Source: Alphaproteobacteria bacterium
GTDB lineage: Bacteria > Pseudomonadota > Alphaproteobacteria > UBA828
DNA: 64,000 bases
Direction of reading: 5' to 3'
NCBI GenBank assembly: GCA_965214705.1
Contig: CBDCCI010000002.1
Coordinates: 1,536,001-1,600,000, forward strand
A program made the translations under genes and the position numbers. Of this stretch, positions 60,840 through 64,000 are shown piece by piece. The notes beneath the pieces are model-generated. The model was not told the origin of the DNA. It was given only the letters and a program-made list of their open reading frames with translations, and ran no database searches. The stretch's first letter is position 1; every line of letters begins with the position of its first letter.

Positions 60840-61931
60840 GTGTTCTCCGTTCCAATTTGGGACGAGCTAGTCCCCACTCTCGGGCTTTCCGGCGTGGCGG
60901 TCCTCGCTCTGGTGGGCGGCTACTTGTACGGCGGCAATCTGTGGTGGGAACGCCACTCAATCCGCTTCGGCGGCGACCCATTGCCACTGCAATTCAGCGG
61001 CGCAGTTGGCGAGCTCGTGGTTCTCGCCATGGTGGTCGCCGGAGTCGTCATTGTGATGGTCTCTTGCCCGGACGCGAGCCTGTACCACTCGGAAGGCCCG
61101 GAGCTGGCCTTAGTCTTCCTCTGGTTCGGCTGCGTCTATGCTGGCGCCGTCTTCCACTCGCAAGGCGAGATTGAAGCCGGCGCAGACAAGAGCGAAATCG
61201 AGGCCATCGGCGGCAGCGATCAGTCGCCCGAAGCGAAAGCCGAGCTTGACAAGCAGCTTCGTCAGAAGTTGCGGAGGGCGTATCGCGTCTACGATCTCTA
61301 TTCCTGTGTGGTCTTTGGCCTTGGCGGTCTGGCGCTTGCCAAAGCCGCTCTCCAATTCTGGCATGACTGGCAGAGCAATGCGTCCGCCTCCCGGCACTTG
61401 GTTGCTCAGGCCGACACGCTCCTGGCGATCCAGCCCGCCGTGTTTAACCTGAACGCCATCATCGAGGTCGAGCGGGCCTATCTGTCATTTCGAGAACTGC
61501 TGAACGACGTGCTCCTCCAGGTCGAGCCGATCGCCTTCCTGTTTCTCTATGTTATGTTGATGAGCCTGCTGGTTTCTGTGACGCCCATCTCGGCCGCGTA
61601 TCGCAACCGTGCGCGTCGGCTGGGCTCGACCGTCTCATTGATCGCGGTGATCGTCCTCCTGGCGATCTCACTTGGTAGCTATTTCCTGCACGCGACGGTC
61701 GCCTCGCGCGGCCTAGCAAGCTCGCTCTCGTACCTGGAGTCGTGGTCCGCCACCGATTTCCGCCATTATCTGCGGTATTCGGAGATCTACACGGAAGTGA
61801 ACGCGGCAGGTGGGCTCAGCGGGTTCATCAGGGCGCTGCTTTCCGAAGCGGTGTTTCTTGTCATCCTGGTGGGTGTTGCCCAGCAGGCGGCCTCCTGGGT
61901 GCGCCATCTGATGGGACGATCAAAGCAGTGA
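60840..61931 (+). CDS. Hypothetical polytopic membrane protein
   Basis: 363 aa with about 7 hydrophobic segments; GTGA overlap with next gene; start uncertain. Confidence 0.65.
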   Translation: MFSVPIWDELVPTLGLSGVAVLALVGGYLYGGNLWWERHSIRFGGDPLPLQFSGAVGELVVLAMVVAGVVIVMVSCPDASLYHSEGPELALVFLWFGCVYAGAVFHSQGEIEAGADKSEIEAIGGSDQSPEAKAELDKQLRQKLRRAYRVYDLYSCVVFGLGGLALAKAALQFWHDWQSNASASRHLVAQADTLLAIQPAVFNLNAIIEVERAYLSFRELLNDVLLQVEPIAFLFLYVMLMSLLVSVTPISAAYRNRARRLGSTVSLIAVIVLLAISLGSYFLHATVASRGLASSLSYLESWSATDFRHYLRYSEIYTEVNAAGGLSGFIRALLSEAVFLVILVGVAQQAASWVRHLMGRSKQ

Positions 61932-62953
61932 TCGCAGCCGTGGCGGTCCTGCTCGCGCTGGTTGTCGCGGCCGGCGTCGTGTTCTTTGCCAATCGCCTTA
62001 AGTCTCCGCGCTACGGCGGCATCCCCTTCAGCGGGCCGGACCAGGCAGGCGCAGCCGGCGCCGCGTTGCAGATCGTTACTTGGAACATCGGCTACGGATC
62101 ACTGGGGGCAGGTGCGGACTTTGTCGCGGATGGCGGTCAGAACGTGCGCGCCCTCGGCCGCCGCAGCATAACCAGCGCGGTTGACGCCATCGGCGAGACA
62201 TTGGGGAGGCTGGATGCCGATCTCGTGCTCCTGCAGGAGATGGCGGCGGCAAGTTTCATGACCCGAGGAGTCGATGTCAAAGCGGGTGTACTAAGGGCGT
62301 TGAACCGCTACCGCGTTGCCTTTTGGAAAGATTTTTCAACGACGATGGTGCCGCCGCCCTTCAATCTTTCCAACGGATTGATGACGCTCGCTTGCGTCGC
62401 CGGCGCAGAGTGCACAGCGCAACCTCTGCCGCAAGAGCCAGGCTTTCGCCTCGGAATCCTCAAGAAGCAATACGGTGCTCTCGTGACCCGAATTCCGGTC
62501 GAGGACGGCCGCGAGTGGGTCATCATGAACATCCACCTTGCCGCGTTCGACGACGGCGGACAGGTCAGATCAAGGCAGGTCTCGGCGCTGCTGGAGTTGG
62601 CACAGGCCGCGTATCGAAGCGGCGCGCATGTGGTGATCGGCGGCGACTGGAACTTGCGACTGGTCGATACGGCGTTTCCTCATGGAACGGAGGAGAAGTT
62701 TCTCTGGTGGATTCACGACTTTCCCCACGAGGCCGTTCCCGAGGGATGGACATTCGGCCTCGATCCGTCCGTGCCCAGCGTTCGCACGCTGCATCGGCCC
62801 TATGAATCGGGGGTCAACTACGTGACCGTCATCGACGGATTTCTGGTTTCGCCCAACGTGGTCGTCGAGCGAGTCGAGACGTTGGATCTCGGCTTTCTCC
62901 ACACCGATCATCACCCGGTGCTGGCGACCCTGCGAATGAACACTGTGCAATAA
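61928..62953 (+). CDS. Endonuclease/exonuclease/phosphatase (EEP) family protein with N-terminal anchor
   Basis: TWNIGY, LLQE, NIHLAAFD, GGDWN, IDGFLVS, TDHHPV. Confidence 0.88.
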   Translation: MIAAVAVLLALVVAAGVVFFANRLKSPRYGGIPFSGPDQAGAAGAALQIVTWNIGYGSLGAGADFVADGGQNVRALGRRSITSAVDAIGETLGRLDADLVLLQEMAAASFMTRGVDVKAGVLRALNRYRVAFWKDFSTTMVPPPFNLSNGLMTLACVAGAECTAQPLPQEPGFRLGILKKQYGALVTRIPVEDGREWVIMNIHLAAFDDGGQVRSRQVSALLELAQAAYRSGAHVVIGGDWNLRLVDTAFPHGTEEKFLWWIHDFPHEAVPEGWTFGLDPSVPSVRTLHRPYESGVNYVTVIDGFLVSPNVVVERVETLDLGFLHTDHHPVLATLRMNTVQ

Positions 62954-63025
62954 CGCCCGATCCGGATTCGTCACGACGGTCATGGAGAGCGCCGCGCAAT
63001 CTATGACGCTCGCGCGACACGACGC

Positions 63026-63715
63026 CTACCCGGAGAGCACCACGCCCCAGGGCAGGACCTGGTTGCCGGAGACGAGGCTCGCGCCGAGGATACGCGTCGG
63101 CTTCAGCAGGTGGGTGGGGTCGTCGTCGCTCGGCTCGAAGCGCACCGTGCCTTCGCCCCAGACGGTCTCGGTGATCTCGGTCTCGGCCGGGAGCTGTACG
63201 ATCTGCCGCTTCACCGCGTCCGGCCGGTCCGCCTCCGGCAGTGCCTTCACGAAGAGGCGGGGGAAGGTCTTGAGGGGCTCGAATTCCTGGCCGGTGGGCC
63301 GCATGTCGATCTCGATCACGCGCCGGCCCAGGCGCTCGGTAAAGCCCCAAATCCGGTTTGTATCGACGTGAAGCTCCATGGCCGCGAGCTTCATGCGGAA
63401 GCCCCAGAGCTCGCGGGTGCCGGAGCAGACCTGATCGGTGCTGGTGAAGGCGTGCACCCAATGCCCACCGATCTCGCCGCCGTAGCGCACCTGCGCGATG
63501 ACGGCGCTGTCGTAGTAGGGGCGCGTCGGCACCGTGCTCTCGAAGTGCATGACCGTGATCTGCACGACGTTGGTGGCAAGCTCCAGCGGCGCTGGCACGC
63601 GCGGGGCAAGGGCCGCCTCGTCCACCTCGCAGAAGATGCTGAGGGTGCGGAAGCGATGCTTCCAGGGCGGCAGGGGGTAGGGCAGGAGCTTGGTGTCGAG
63701 CTGCTTCTCGTTCAT
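63026..63715 (-). CDS. Acetoacetate decarboxylase-like protein
   Basis: PYPLPPW N-terminus; RELWGFRMKLA with Schiff-base Lys. Confidence 0.8.
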   Translation of the reverse strand: MNEKQLDTKLLPYPLPPWKHRFRTLSIFCEVDEAALAPRVPAPLELATNVVQITVMHFESTVPTRPYYDSAVIAQVRYGGEIGGHWVHAFTSTDQVCSGTRELWGFRMKLAAMELHVDTNRIWGFTERLGRRVIEIDMRPTGQEFEPLKTFPRLFVKALPEADRPDAVKRQIVQLPAETEITETVWGEGTVRFEPSDDDPTHLLKPTRILGASLVSGNQVLPWGVVLSG

Positions 63716-63741
63716 GGGCGCACTCGTCGGGGGTTGGTCGC

Positions 63742-64000
63742 TCAGGAGCGGAGCCGGGTGATGACCTCGCCGGCATAGAGCCTGAGCGAGCGCACCACGG
63801 CCTCGTGCTCGATGCCGGGCACGCGGAAGCGGCAGATCACGTGGTTGATGCCGGCCTCCTGCTGCAGGGTCTTGAAGCGCTCGAACACCTGGTCGGGGTC
63901 GCCGAGGACGAAGCGCTCCTGCATCAGTCGGTCAAGCGACGCCTCCGCGTCGCCGAGGGCGCCGGCTTCGGCATGGCGGGCGTAGATCGCCCGCAACGGC
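63742..64000 (-). CDS. Luciferase-like (LLM class) flavin-dependent oxidoreductase, C-terminal part
   Basis: FVLGDPDQV...GINHVICR...RSLRLYAGEVI; truncated by window edge. Confidence 0.7.
   Translation of the reverse strand, partial: PLRAIYARHAEAGALGDAEASLDRLMQERFVLGDPDQVFERFKTLQQEAGINHVICRFRVPGIEHEAVVRSLRLYAGEVITRLRS

Overview
GC-rich bacterial chromosome segment, probably Alphaproteobacteria (class I lysyl-tRNA ligase, LpcC-like and ELM1-like genes, alphaproteobacterial-type DinG). It opens with four genes of a four-component aromatic/alkene soluble di-iron monooxygenase (alpha, gamma, Rieske ferredoxin, effector; beta and reductase not in the window). It then runs through housekeeping genes and many amine/amide/organic-acid catabolic genes, glycosyltransferases and two ABC importers. 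The most striking structure is a ~2.67-kb element encoding a tyrosine recombinase plus an IS91-type HUH/Y2 transposase, present twice (17283-22045 and 35892-38556; two SNPs seen). Its ends can be read exactly: GAAC...TAACCT flanked by TT on both sides, a 14-bp inverted repeat with one arm terminal and one subterminal, and a perfect 19-bp hairpin near the right end. Copy 2 splits a TadG/vWA gene that is restored in frame when the element plus one TT is removed. Copy 1 carries an IS1634 inserted at the foot of its hairpin. Also present are an ISKra4-like IS, an exact 109-bp tandem duplication and a REP-like palindromic element. No rRNA, tRNA or CRISPR array was seen. All product calls come from motif recognition, not database searches.
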